This document shows, one piece after another, positions 10,705-20,674 of a stretch of 64,000 bases of DNA (the stretch's first letter is position 1; every line of letters starts with the position of its first letter). The position numbers were made by a program, and so were the translations under genes. This DNA is from an uncultured bacterium (lineage in GTDB: Bacteria; Patescibacteriota; Patescibacteriia; SG8-24; DYFX01): NCBI GenBank assembly GCA_937900255.1, contig CALCDZ010000003.1:191149-255148 (forward strand), given 5' to 3'. Under the pieces are notes generated by a model. It did not search any database and was not told the origin of the DNA. It was given only the letters and a program-made list of their open reading frames with translations.

Positions 10705-10762
10705 GTTGACTCCTTATGGTGGGACATCGGCATCTAAGCCCCAAGACGCCGAAAAGTCAAGT

Positions 10763-11791
10763 CTACAGGATCAGCATCGCGTCCCCGTAGCTGTAGAAGC
10801 GGTAGCCCTTCTTCACGGCCGTCCTGTAAGCGTGCAGGATCTTGTCGCGTCCGGCGAGGGCGGAGACGAGCACGAGCAGGGTCGATTTCGGGAGGTGGAA
10901 GTTGGTCATGAGGGCGTCGATGACCTTGAACCGGAATCCGGGCGTGATGAAGATATCGACGTCGCCGTGCCAGGGCCGGATCTCGCCGCCGCATCTTTCG
11001 GCGGCGCCTTCCAGCGCGCGCGCGGCGGTCGTGCCTACGGCGATCACGCGTCGGCGCTCCACCTTGGCCTGCAGGATGCCGTAGGCCGTCGCTTCCGGGA
11101 TCTCGACCCACTCCGCGTGCATCCGGTGCATGCCGAGGTCCTCCGAGCGGATCGGCATGAACGTGCCGAGCCCGACGTGCAGCGTCACTTCCAGGAACGT
11201 CACGCCTTTCTTCTTCAGCTTCGCGATGAGCGGTTTCGTCAGGTGGAACCCGGCGGTCGGCGCGGCGACCGAGCCGGGCGTCCGGGCGTAGACCGTCTGG
11301 TATTCCGCCGGCGTGCGGGGCTTGCGGGTGATGTAGGGCGGCAGCGGCACGTCGCCGTAGCGGTCGGCCTTGCGCAGGGCGGCGTCGGCCGGGCATCCGA
11401 AATCGACCAGCACGGAGCCGTCGGACTCCTTCCATTCCACGGTCGCGACGAAACCCGGCGCGATGCGGATCTTCGAACCAGGCAGGAGCTTGCGCCCGGG
11501 CTTGGCGAGCGCGCGCCAGAACTTCCCCTCGGGGCGGACGAGGAACAGTTCGACCGGAGTCTTCTTGGCGTCATCGAGCGTCCCCGACAGCCGCGCCTTG
11601 AAGACCTTGCTGACGTTCACGACCAGGACGTCGCCTGCCTGGAGGATGTCCGGCAGGTCCCTGACCTTCGCGTGCTTCAGGGAATCCTTGGTGCGGTCCA
11701 GGACCAGAAGCCGGGCTGATTCGCGCGGGGAAGCCGGTTTCTGCGCGATGAGCCTTTCGGGGAGCTGATAGTCGAAGTCGGCGGTGCGCAT
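10763..11791 (-). CDS. queA: S-adenosylmethionine:tRNA ribosyltransferase-isomerase
   Basis: DFDYQLPERLIAQ, PLPPYI, YQTVYA, GSVAAPTAG, TLHVGLGTF, TNFHLPKSTL, YRFYSYGDAM. Confidence 0.97.
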   Translation of the reverse strand: MRTADFDYQLPERLIAQKPASPRESARLLVLDRTKDSLKHAKVRDLPDILQAGDVLVVNVSKVFKARLSGTLDDAKKTPVELFLVRPEGKFWRALAKPGRKLLPGSKIRIAPGFVATVEWKESDGSVLVDFGCPADAALRKADRYGDVPLPPYITRKPRTPAEYQTVYARTPGSVAAPTAGFHLTKPLIAKLKKKGVTFLEVTLHVGLGTFMPIRSEDLGMHRMHAEWVEIPEATAYGILQAKVERRRVIAVGTTAARALEGAAERCGGEIRPWHGDVDIFITPGFRFKVIDALMTNFHLPKSTLLVLVSALAGRDKILHAYRTAVKKGYRFYSYGDAMLIL

Positions 11792-11877
11792 ATGCGCCGC
11801 CATTGTAGCACGAAGGGGTGCTCACGACGACGGAGCGGCTTCCTTTCCGGCATTTTTTCTCCTACACTGGTCTTGCT

Positions 11878-12723
11878 ATGCCAGAACTTCCGGAAGTCGA
11901 AACCTTGCGACGGCAGCTTGAGCGGGCGGCCATCGGCAGGAAGATCAAAAGCGTCGACGTGCGCTTCGGCGGACGTTTGCGGCCGTCTCCTCCGACATTC
12001 GTCGCTGCCGTGACGGGCGCATCTTTCAGGTCGTTCGACCGCCGCGCCAAGCTCCTGCTCGCGCGCCTCTCGAACGGCTGGACGATCGTCACCCACCTGA
12101 AGATGACCGGTTCTTACCTCATCAAGAAGGCCGGAACGCCCCCTCCGAAGCACGTGCACGTCGTGTTCCGTCTCGACAAGAAGGAGGACCTGTGGTTCGA
12201 CGACATGCGCAAGTTCGGGTTCCTGCAGGTCATCCGGACGAAGGATATCGATCGGGAACTGCTCGACGGGAAGGCCTATGGGCCCGAGCCGCTGGATCCA
12301 TCCTTCACCTTCGCGCGGTTCCGGATGTGCGTGACCGGCCGGCCTTCGAAGAAGATCAAGCCGCTCCTCATGGACCAATCCTGCATCGCCGGAATCGGCA
12401 ACATCTATGCCGACGAAGCTGTCTGGTACGGGCGCGTCCATCCTGAACGGACCGTCGGTTCGCTCTCCGAAGCCGAACTGCGCGGCATCTATAGGGGAAC
12501 GATCAAGACGCTGCGGGATTCGGTCGCCCGCCAGGGCACGTCGGCCGACCATTTCGTGGATCTCTACGGCGAAAAGGGGAAGAACGTGCCGCACCTGAAC
12601 GTCTACGGCCGGGCCGGAAAGGCCTGCCGTCGCTGCGGCGCGCCGCTCAGGAAGATCCGGGTCGCGCAGCGCGGCTCCGTCTATTGTCCGACATGCCAAA
12701 AGCCGCCACGGTCCGCAAGGTGA
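11878..12723 (+). CDS. mutM: formamidopyrimidine-DNA glycosylase
   Basis: MPELPEVET start, HLKMTG, GIGNIYADE, C-terminal CxxC..CxxCQ zinc finger. Confidence 0.96.
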   Translation: MPELPEVETLRRQLERAAIGRKIKSVDVRFGGRLRPSPPTFVAAVTGASFRSFDRRAKLLLARLSNGWTIVTHLKMTGSYLIKKAGTPPPKHVHVVFRLDKKEDLWFDDMRKFGFLQVIRTKDIDRELLDGKAYGPEPLDPSFTFARFRMCVTGRPSKKIKPLLMDQSCIAGIGNIYADEAVWYGRVHPERTVGSLSEAELRGIYRGTIKTLRDSVARQGTSADHFVDLYGEKGKNVPHLNVYGRAGKACRRCGAPLRKIRVAQRGSVYCPTCQKPPRSAR

Positions 12724-13337
12724 TTTCCGTCCTGAAGCGCGACTTCCCCGGAAAGGGCGCGGTCGAGCTCGATCGTCCGGAAGACGTCCTCCTCGCGACG
12801 GTCCTTTCGGCGCGCACGCGTGACGAACAGGTGCTGAAGGCCTACCCGAAGCTGCGCGCGCGGTTTCCGACCCTGGCGTCGCTCGCGGAGGCGTCCGCTT
12901 CGGAGATCGCCGACGCCATCAAGGAGATCGGCTTGTATCGCGCCAAGGCCAGGTCCGTGAAGGGGATCGCCGAAGCGCTGCTGCGCGATCATGCCGGCGC
13001 AGTGCCGAGGGCGATGGTAGGGCTCGTGGCGCTGCCGGGCGTCGGCCGCAAAACGGCCAACTGCGTCTTATGCTATGCTTTCAAGCAGCCGGCCATCGCG
13101 GTCGATACGCACGTTTTCCGCATCGCCAACCGCCTCGGCTGGACGAGAAGTCGGCGTCCGGAGGATACCGAACGGGCGCTCATGCGCCTCATTCCCAAGG
13201 ACCTCTGGCTGCACGTCAATCGCGTCTTCGTCCAGTTCGGAAGAGCGATTTGTCTCCCGGGTCATCCGCGCTGCTGGGCATGTCCCGTGTCGGCCTGGTG
13301 CCGATTCCCTGGAAAAACCAAGAAACCCCGCGCATGA
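12693..13337 (+). CDS. nth: endonuclease III
   Basis: HhH LPGVGRKTAN, AVDTHVFR, C-x6-C-x2-C-x5-C FeS motif. Confidence 0.93.
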   Translation: MPKAATVRKVISVLKRDFPGKGAVELDRPEDVLLATVLSARTRDEQVLKAYPKLRARFPTLASLAEASASEIADAIKEIGLYRAKARSVKGIAEALLRDHAGAVPRAMVGLVALPGVGRKTANCVLCYAFKQPAIAVDTHVFRIANRLGWTRSRRPEDTERALMRLIPKDLWLHVNRVFVQFGRAICLPGHPRCWACPVSAWCRFPGKTKKPRA

Positions 13338-14893
13338 AAGTCAGGGCCTTCACGCTCGTCGAACTCCTCGTCACGACCACGATCATCGGCCTCCTGGCGG
13401 TGGCCGGGACGGCTTCATATTCGTTCGTTCGGGCCAAGGCGCGCGATGCCAAGCGCGTCGCGGACATCAGCACCATCCGCGACGCCGTCGAGATCTATTT
13501 CGAGCAGCACGGCAGCTATCCCATCTCCGGCCCGGAAGGTCTCGTGCTCGGGACGGACGAAGCGGCGATGATCACGGACGCCGGCATCACATCGCGAAGC
13601 CATGCGAGAGGGGCCGTCTATCTTCAGGGCGTGCCGTACAACATCCTCCCGGGCGGCATGCCTTACGTCTATCGTTCGAAAAACAAGAACGGCAGCTTAT
13701 GCATCGCCAGCTGTCCGTCATACGAGGTGACCTTCGCGCTTGAAGCGCCGACAGGTTCGCTCGCGGCCGGGCCCCACCTGCTGACGGACGCCGGATACAT
13801 GGGGTCCGAAGGGGGGGCGAGCGGCGTTTCACGGTATCAGGCCGTCCTCGCCTATGTGCCGACGCCCGAACAGCTCGCATCGGCTTTCGGCACCGCCAAG
13901 GAACTCTCCGTCTTGGCGCGCCAGTTCGCCGACCGCGGTGACGTGCAGGCCGCGAACGCGGGCATCATCGCGCCTGTTTCCGTCGCCAGTTCGATCCTCA
14001 GCCTGCTCGCCGGGCTTTCCGGCGTCCTGCCGCTCGCGAACGCCGGTCAAGCCCTGCTTCTTGTTTTCGCGCAGCCATTCCTGTTCCTTTCCCGCCGTCG
14101 CCGGCAGGGGTGGGGCGTCGTTTATAACGCGAACACGAAAGTCCCCCTCGACCTCGTTTCGGTCCGCTTGATCGATACGGCACGCAACCGCGTCGTCGCC
14201 ACCAAGGTCACGGATAAGGACGGACGTTTCTCGTTCGCGCCGAAGGCCGGGACGTATCGTCTGGAGGTCCTGAAGCCCGGTTTCGTCTTCCCGGCCGTCT
14301 CGCTTGAAGGCGCGTCCGTCGATGGGGCTTACGCGGACCTCTATTACGGTACGCTGATCGAGGCAGGCGCCGACGGCGTCACGCTGGCCCTGAACGTCCC
14401 GATGGACGTGGCGGGCGAACCTCCGGATGCCGTCCGTGCGCTCCTTTCAGAGCGCAACAGGCGCTCGATCCGCGGGACGTTCGCGGCTCTCGGTCCCGTC
14501 CTGGCCGCCATCTCCTTCGCGGCTTCACCTGGACTCCCGATGCTGCTGCTTTTCCTGGTCCAGCTCTTCTTCCTGCTGCTCTTCCGCCGGGTCGCCGAGC
14601 CTCCGGCTCCCAAGTCGCAGGGGACGGTCTACGACATCGACACCCGTCGTCCCGTCGCCCATGCGGTCGTGCGCGTCCTTTCGCTCCCGTATCACAAGGT
14701 GCTCGAGACCAAGCTGACCGATGCCGGCGGTCGGTACGGCTTCAACGTCGGTGCCGGGCTGTATGAGCTGACGGTCGTGAAACCCGGCTACGAGAAGACC
14801 GTCACGGATCCGATCGACTTCACGAAGATCGACAAGCCGGCTTGGATCGCGTCGGACCTGCCGATGCAGAAGCTCCCGCCCGGGAAGTCGTGA
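13334..14893 (+). CDS. prepilin-like (GspG-type N-terminus) protein fused to TM segments and two carboxypeptidase-regulatory-like beta domains
   Basis: MKVRAFTLVELL N-methylation motif, ARDAKRVADI; two GxVY...P.....VR...TD..GR(F/Y).F repeats separated by TM helices. Confidence 0.75.
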   Translation: MKVRAFTLVELLVTTTIIGLLAVAGTASYSFVRAKARDAKRVADISTIRDAVEIYFEQHGSYPISGPEGLVLGTDEAAMITDAGITSRSHARGAVYLQGVPYNILPGGMPYVYRSKNKNGSLCIASCPSYEVTFALEAPTGSLAAGPHLLTDAGYMGSEGGASGVSRYQAVLAYVPTPEQLASAFGTAKELSVLARQFADRGDVQAANAGIIAPVSVASSILSLLAGLSGVLPLANAGQALLLVFAQPFLFLSRRRRQGWGVVYNANTKVPLDLVSVRLIDTARNRVVATKVTDKDGRFSFAPKAGTYRLEVLKPGFVFPAVSLEGASVDGAYADLYYGTLIEAGADGVTLALNVPMDVAGEPPDAVRALLSERNRRSIRGTFAALGPVLAAISFAASPGLPMLLLFLVQLFFLLLFRRVAEPPAPKSQGTVYDIDTRRPVAHAVVRVLSLPYHKVLETKLTDAGGRYGFNVGAGLYELTVVKPGYEKTVTDPIDFTKIDKPAWIASDLPMQKLPPGKS

Positions 14894-14894
14894 C

Positions 14895-14923
14895 TTGCAT
14901 TTGCAACTAAGTTGCATTACCAT
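14895..14923 (+). promoter_or_regulatory. sigma70 promoter with a 7-1-7 operator in the spacer (candidate Zur/Fur-family box)
   Basis: TTGCAT-17bp-TACCAT; perfect inverted repeat TGCAACT-A-AGTTGCA at 14902-14916. Confidence 0.7.
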
Positions 14924-14933
14924 GGCTGGTGAT

Positions 14934-15821
14934 ATGAAAAAACCCTTCTTGTTCCTGCTCGCGCTCGGCGCGGCCGCGCTCCTGCTCCTGGGGTTCTGGC
15001 CGGCTCATCGCGTGCCGGAAAAAGGTCCCAAAATCCAGGTCGTCGCCACGTTCTATCCGTTGGCCGAATTCGCGCGCCAAGTCGGCGGAGGGCGCGTCGA
15101 GGTCCGTGCGCTGGTGCCGGCTGGCGCCGAGCCGCATGACTACGAGCCGACCCCGCGGGATATCGTGGACGCGTCCCAGGCCGACGTCTTCCTGATGAAC
15201 GGCAGCGTCGATGCCTGGGCCGATCGCATCCTGCCGGATCTGCGGCGCGACGGCGTCTTGACGATGCGTCTCCAGGACGACATGCCTGACATCGCCCGCG
15301 ATCCTCACGTCTGGCTCGATCCGGTCCTGGCGGGCAAGGTGGTGGAGAAGATCCATGCCGCGCTCGCGGCAGCCGACGCGGGGGATGCCGCCGAGTTCGA
15401 CACGAACGCGTCCGCATACCTGTCCTCGCTCGCGGAGTTGGATGGCGAGTACCGCAAAGGCCTCTCCGCATGCGCCAGTCACCGCGTCGTGGCTTCCCAT
15501 GACGCGCTCGGATATATGGCCAAGGAATACGGGCTCGATGTCGTCCCGATTTCGGGGCTTTCTCCGGACGAGGAACCGTCGCCTGCCCGCATGGCGGAAA
15601 TCGCCGCGCTTGCCAGGTCCGCAGGGGCGAAATACATCTTCACCGAAGCGCTCGTCAGCCCGAAGCTGGCGCAAGCCATCGCCGAAGAGGTCGGCGCCAA
15701 GACGCTGGTCTTCGATCCTCTCGAGGGATTGACCGCGCAGGACGCCGAGTCCGGAAGGACATATCTCTCCGTCATGCGCGACAATCTTTCTCATTTGCGT
15801 ACGGCACTCTCATGCAAGTGA
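14934..15821 (+). CDS. znuA: zinc/manganese ABC transporter substrate-binding protein
   Basis: VVATFYPL, GAEPHDYEP, DPHVWLDP, SHDALGY, EPSP. Confidence 0.9.
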   Translation: MKKPFLFLLALGAAALLLLGFWPAHRVPEKGPKIQVVATFYPLAEFARQVGGGRVEVRALVPAGAEPHDYEPTPRDIVDASQADVFLMNGSVDAWADRILPDLRRDGVLTMRLQDDMPDIARDPHVWLDPVLAGKVVEKIHAALAAADAGDAAEFDTNASAYLSSLAELDGEYRKGLSACASHRVVASHDALGYMAKEYGLDVVPISGLSPDEEPSPARMAEIAALARSAGAKYIFTEALVSPKLAQAIAEEVGAKTLVFDPLEGLTAQDAESGRTYLSVMRDNLSHLRTALSCK

Positions 15822-16591
15822 ACAGCGGACTGGCCATCGAGGCCGGCAATCTTTCATATGGGTACGGCGGCGTCTCGGCTCTTAAGGACGTCGGCTTCGT
15901 CTTGAGGGAGGGGGAATATCTCGCGGTCATCGGCCCGAACGGCGGCGGAAAGACCACGCTCATCAAGCTGCTGCTCGGCATCCTGGAGCCGACCTCCGGC
16001 TTCGTTCGCATCCACGGGCGGCCGGCCTCTGACCGGCGCGCGCGTCTGGACGTGGGGTACGTGCCGCAGCGCGTCTCGTCCGAGGCCGCGGAGTTTCCGG
16101 CGACGGTCCGCGAGATCGTCGAAAGCGGGCGCACCCCGCGCCGCAGGGCCTTCAGCCGCCGGAGCGCGGCCGACCGGGAAGCCGTCGACCATGCGCTTGA
16201 GACGCTGGAGATCGCCGACCTGTCCGACAGGACGATCGGCTCGCTCTCCGGCGGCCAGCGGCAGCGGGCCTTCATCGCCCGTGCCGTGGCGGGGGAGCCG
16301 CGCATCCTGATCCTCGACGAACCGACGGTCGGCGTCGACCATTCGGCGCAGGAAGCGTTCCGGCAGTTCCTGACGCACGCCAACCGGGAACACGGCATGA
16401 CCATCGTCTTCGTCACGCACGATGTCGAGTTCGTCTCCCGCGAGGCGACCTCGGTGCTCTGCCTGAACCACTCGCTCGTCTGCCACGGGCGTCCGGGCGA
16501 ATACCTGAAGGAGGACTTCCTCGTGCGCCTCTATGGACGCGAGGTCAAGCTCGTCGAGCACGAGCACCATGACGGACACGGCCATGTTTGA
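15812..16591 (+). CDS. znuC: metal ABC transporter ATP-binding protein
   Basis: GPNGGGKT, LSGGQRQR, LDEPT, His-rich tail. Confidence 0.9.
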   Translation: MQVNSGLAIEAGNLSYGYGGVSALKDVGFVLREGEYLAVIGPNGGGKTTLIKLLLGILEPTSGFVRIHGRPASDRRARLDVGYVPQRVSSEAAEFPATVREIVESGRTPRRRAFSRRSAADREAVDHALETLEIADLSDRTIGSLSGGQRQRAFIARAVAGEPRILILDEPTVGVDHSAQEAFRQFLTHANREHGMTIVFVTHDVEFVSREATSVLCLNHSLVCHGRPGEYLKEDFLVRLYGREVKLVEHEHHDGHGHV

Positions 16592-17381
16592 GATCTTCCG
16601 ATACGATTTCCTGGTGCGCGGATTGGTCGCGTCCTTGACGGTCGCGGTCTTGGCGCCCTCGATCGGCATGTTCCTGGTCGTGCGCCGCCAAGCGTTTTTG
16701 GCGGATACGTTGGCGCACGTTTCCTTGGCCGGCGTGGCCGCGGGGCTGCTCTTCAGCTTCAATCCGGTCGCCGGCGCGATCGGCGCTTCGCTCCTGGCCG
16801 CCATCCTGATCGAAAAGCTGCGCCTCAAACAGGGTTTTTTCGGGGAATCATCGCTCTCGCTCATCTTGTCCGGTTCGCTTGCGCTCGCAGTCATCATGAT
16901 CGGCTTGGCCAGGAGCCTCGGAGCCAGCCTTTTCAGCTACCTGTTCGGCAGCGTCACGACGGTCGGACGCTTCGATGTCGGCGTCATCTTGGCGCTCGGC
17001 GCGACCGTGCTGACCGTCGTCTTCGTCGGATACCGCCAATTCTTCCTGGTCTCGCTCGACGAGGAACTGGCCCTCTCCGGCGGCCTGCGTGCCCAAGGGT
17101 TCAACCTGCTCTTGACGGCCCTCTCCGGCTTGACGATCGCCCTCTCGCTCCGGATCGTCGGGGCGCTCCTGGTCGGAGCCTTGATGGTCATCCCGGTCCT
17201 GGCGGCTTCGCGTTTCGGCATGGGCTTCCGCCGGACGCATCTCTTGGCCGCCGCCTTGTCCGTCTTCTCGGTCCTGATCGGTTTCTTCCTTTCCTATGCG
17301 CTCGACCTGGCCGCGGGCGGAACGATCGTCGGCGTCGCCATCCTGATCTTCCTCGCGGCCTTGCTGTTCGGCCGGCGCTGA
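16584..17381 (+). CDS. znuB: metal ABC transporter permease
   Basis: DTLAHVSLAG, YLFGS, VGALLVGALMVIP; multiple TMs. Confidence 0.9.
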   Translation: MFEIFRYDFLVRGLVASLTVAVLAPSIGMFLVVRRQAFLADTLAHVSLAGVAAGLLFSFNPVAGAIGASLLAAILIEKLRLKQGFFGESSLSLILSGSLALAVIMIGLARSLGASLFSYLFGSVTTVGRFDVGVILALGATVLTVVFVGYRQFFLVSLDEELALSGGLRAQGFNLLLTALSGLTIALSLRIVGALLVGALMVIPVLAASRFGMGFRRTHLLAAALSVFSVLIGFFLSYALDLAAGGTIVGVAILIFLAALLFGRR

Positions 17382-17424
17382 CCGCCTTTCCAAAACGGCC
17401 GTCTCCGCCTACTATGGAGGGGAT

Positions 17425-18018
17425 ATGCCAGCACGTCTCGACCTCCTCATGTTCCATGCCCTCAATGGGGTCGCCGGCCGTTCGATCCCGGTCGACAGCC
17501 TTTTCGTCTTCGGCGCCAAGCACGCGATTTATCTCATGGGGGCGCTGCTCGTCGCCTACGTCGTCGTCTCATGGGGAACGGACCGTTTCGAGGAACGGTT
17601 CGAACATTTCGTCTCCGCCGCCGTCGCCGGAGCGATCGGGTACGTTTCCGAGAATCTGATCGGTTTCATCTGGTTCCGTCCGAGGCCGTTCGCCGTCCTC
17701 TCGGACGCCGTCAAGCTCATCGAGAAATCCGGGCTGGAAAAATCCTTCCCGTCCGGTCATGCGACCATCGCTTTTTCTCTCGCGTTCTCCGTCTTCCTGA
17801 GGAACAGGACATGGGGCTTTCCGCTCATGGCGCTTGCGGTTTTCGTCGGCGTTTCCCGCGTGGTCGTCGGCGTCCATTACCCGTCTGATGTCCTTGGCGG
17901 CGCCGTGCTCGGGTGTCTGGCCGCCGCAGTCGCCGCGCCCGCCAAGAGGCGGATCGAGCCGTATCTCGATCTTTTCGCGTTCTTCAGGAACGGCAAACGG
18001 AAGGAGCGCACGTCATGA
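17425..18018 (+). CDS. PAP2 family phosphatase (undecaprenyl-diphosphatase-like)
   Basis: RPRP, SFPSGH, SRVVVGVHYPSD motifs. Confidence 0.9.
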   Translation: MPARLDLLMFHALNGVAGRSIPVDSLFVFGAKHAIYLMGALLVAYVVVSWGTDRFEERFEHFVSAAVAGAIGYVSENLIGFIWFRPRPFAVLSDAVKLIEKSGLEKSFPSGHATIAFSLAFSVFLRNRTWGFPLMALAVFVGVSRVVVGVHYPSDVLGGAVLGCLAAAVAAPAKRRIEPYLDLFAFFRNGKRKERTS

Positions 18019-19085
18019 GCCGCCTGTATGCCATCGTGCTCGCCGGGGGCAGCGGCACGCGTCTCTGGCCGGTTTCCAGGCGGAACGCGCCGAAGCAGCT
18101 GCAACCGATCCTCGGTTCCGATACGCTGTTGCGGTCGACGTGGAAGCGTCTGCGCGTCGGCCTGCCCGCCTCCCGCATCCTGGTCGTGACCGGCGCGGCC
18201 CAATCCGAGCTGGTCCGCAAGGATCTGCCGGAGCTTCCCGCGGAGAATCTTCTCGTCGAGCCGATGAAACGCGATACGGCGGCGGCCGTCGGCTTCGGCG
18301 TGGCTGCCGTGCTCGCTCGCGACCCGGAGGCCACGGTGGCGACCATCAACTCCGATGCGCACGTGAAGGACGAGAAGGAATACTGGCGCGTCATCCGCCT
18401 GGCGGCTCGCACGGCGAGGGCGCGCAGACGCGTCGTTCTTGTCGGCATCCGCCCTTCCTATCCGGAAACGGGGTACGGCTACATCAAGATGGGACCGCAG
18501 ATTCGCCCTGACATCTTTGCGGTCGACGGATTCAGGGAGAAGCCTGATCTCAAGACGGCGGAACAGTACGTCGCCCAGTGGGAGTATCTCTGGAACCCCA
18601 CCCTGATCGTCGCGGAAGCCCGTACGCTGCTCGGAGCCTTCAAGACGCACTTGCCGAAGACGTGGAGCGCGCTTGAAACCGTCCGGCGCGGCTGGAAGAC
18701 GCCGAGGCGCCAGGCGATCCTCGAACGCGCTTTCGCGGGCATCGTCCCGATCTCCATCGACTATGGGGTCTTGGAGAAGGAGAAGAAGATGCTCGTGATC
18801 CCGGCTGATTTCGGCTGGGCGGACGTCGGGCATTGGCGTGCGGTTCATGACGTGCTTTCGATCAAGCCTGGTCGCAACGTCACGCGCGGGATCCATATCG
18901 GCCACGAGTCCGAAGGCAACCTGCTTTACAGCTTCAGCGGCAAGCTCGTCGCCACCGCCGGGCTCAGGGACATGATCGTGCTCGAGACGGAAGACGTCAT
19001 CCTGGTCTGCCCCAAGTCCCGCGCTCAGGACGTGAAGAAGATCGTCGAGACGCTGGAACGGAAAAAGATGAAAAAATATCTCTGA
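18015..19085 (+). CDS. manC: mannose-1-phosphate guanylyltransferase
   Basis: LAGGSGTRLWP.SR...PKQ, EPMKRDTA, ETGYGYI, FREKP, SIDYGVLE, WADVG. Confidence 0.9.
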   Translation: MSRLYAIVLAGGSGTRLWPVSRRNAPKQLQPILGSDTLLRSTWKRLRVGLPASRILVVTGAAQSELVRKDLPELPAENLLVEPMKRDTAAAVGFGVAAVLARDPEATVATINSDAHVKDEKEYWRVIRLAARTARARRRVVLVGIRPSYPETGYGYIKMGPQIRPDIFAVDGFREKPDLKTAEQYVAQWEYLWNPTLIVAEARTLLGAFKTHLPKTWSALETVRRGWKTPRRQAILERAFAGIVPISIDYGVLEKEKKMLVIPADFGWADVGHWRAVHDVLSIKPGRNVTRGIHIGHESEGNLLYSFSGKLVATAGLRDMIVLETEDVILVCPKSRAQDVKKIVETLERKKMKKYL

Positions 19086-19086
19086 C

Positions 19087-19647
19087 ATGGAAATCAAGCC
19101 TTGGAAGATCCTCAAGTCCGAAACGGCGTTCAAGAACAGGTATTGGAACATCCTGCAGGAGACGGTCGAGTTGCCGGACGGCACCGCCTACTCCGGCTTT
19201 TTCGTGAACGACCGCCCAGGCGGAGCGATGGTTTTCGCCGTCACGGAGGAAGGGAAGGTCGTCATGAACCGCCAATACAAGCACGGGGTGAGGGAAATCG
19301 TCACGGAATTCGCCATCGGCGGCCTGGGCGAAGGCGAAGACCCGCTCCTGGCCGCGCAGCGCGAACTGATGGAGGAAACCGGGTATGGCGGCGGCGCATG
19401 GGAACCGCTCGGCGTCTTCTCCCCCAATCCCACGACCGCACGCGGGCGGTTTCATGCGTTCCTGGCGAAGGGCGTGCGCAAGGTCGGCGACCCCTTGCCG
19501 GATCCGCGCGAAATCATCGAGACTTTCCTGGCCGATCCCAAGGACGTGCCCGGAATGGTCCGCCGCGGGGAGATCGCGTCCTTGGCCGCCGTTTCGATCG
19601 CGTTCGTCGCCCTCATGCGGCTTGAAGCGCTTGATTCCGGGGCATGA
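19087..19647 (+). CDS. NUDIX hydrolase (ADP-ribose pyrophosphatase-like)
   Basis: Nudix box G.GEGEDPLLAAQRELMEETG. Confidence 0.88.
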   Translation: MEIKPWKILKSETAFKNRYWNILQETVELPDGTAYSGFFVNDRPGGAMVFAVTEEGKVVMNRQYKHGVREIVTEFAIGGLGEGEDPLLAAQRELMEETGYGGGAWEPLGVFSPNPTTARGRFHAFLAKGVRKVGDPLPDPREIIETFLADPKDVPGMVRRGEIASLAAVSIAFVALMRLEALDSGA

Positions 19648-20672
19648 AAGCCTTCCTCGCCACCCTGCTCGCGGCCCTGGTCCTGGCCGGATGCGTCTTC
19701 CTGCAGGAGGGCCGTCCCGTTTCGCGCTCGTCCGAGACCAGGCTGTTCGTCATCGCGAAAGGACAGGGCATCCGCGATATCGCCGACGCGCTCGCTTCCG
19801 AAAAGCTCATCCGGAGCCGAGCGTATTTCCTGTATCTCGCCTGGAGCCGCGGCGATCACGGCGCCTTCAAGGCGGGTTCCTTCGAGCTGTCGCCGTCGAT
19901 GCCGGCCGGCGAGATCGAGCGGACCTTGGCGCAAGGACGTCCGGTCTCGAACGAACGCGAGGTCACCATCCTTGAAGGATGGACGCTTGACGATATCGCT
20001 GACTATCTGGAAGCCCAGGGCGTGTCTTCGAAGAAGGACTTTTATGCCGAGGTGGGGGAGAGCGCCAAGCCCGTGAAGCCGGGCGATCTGCCGGACTGGT
20101 CCGCCTCCTATCCGATGCTCGCGTCCAAGCCCGCGACGGCGTCGCTCGAGGGGTATCTCTTCCCCGACACGTACCGCATCTACGCCGACGGAGGCATCAA
20201 GGCTCTCGTGCGCCGCATGCTCGATAACTTCCAGGGCAAGTACGGCTCCGCGCTCGGAGAGGAATCGGCGCGCGTGGAGAAGCGCAGCGTCCATGAGATC
20301 GTGACCATGGCCTCGCTCATCGAGCGCGAGGTCCGCGGCGAGAAGGACCGGACGCTGGTCTCGGATATCTTTTGGAAACGCGTCGAAGCCGGCATGCCCC
20401 TCCAGGCCGATTCCACGGTGAATTACGTCACCGGCCACTCCAGGCCCTCCGCAAGCTACCTCGACACAAAAGTCGACAGCCCTTGGAATACCTACAGGTA
20501 CAAAGGCCTGCCGCCGACGCCGATCGGCAACCCAGGCCTGTCGGCCATCAAGGCCGCGTTGAACCCGGAGCCGAACCCCTATTGGTATTTCCTGACCGAC
20601 AAGGAAGGCAACGTGCGTTACGCCAAGACGTTTCAGGAGCACGTCGCCAACAAATCGAAGTATCTCCGCTGA
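19644..20672 (+). CDS. mltG: endolytic transglycosylase MltG
   Basis: LEGYLFPDTY, ASLIERE, LQADST, SPWNTY, GLPPTPIGNPG. Confidence 0.94.
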   Translation: MKAFLATLLAALVLAGCVFLQEGRPVSRSSETRLFVIAKGQGIRDIADALASEKLIRSRAYFLYLAWSRGDHGAFKAGSFELSPSMPAGEIERTLAQGRPVSNEREVTILEGWTLDDIADYLEAQGVSSKKDFYAEVGESAKPVKPGDLPDWSASYPMLASKPATASLEGYLFPDTYRIYADGGIKALVRRMLDNFQGKYGSALGEESARVEKRSVHEIVTMASLIEREVRGEKDRTLVSDIFWKRVEAGMPLQADSTVNYVTGHSRPSASYLDTKVDSPWNTYRYKGLPPTPIGNPGLSAIKAALNPEPNPYWYFLTDKEGNVRYAKTFQEHVANKSKYLR

Positions 20673-20674
20673 AC

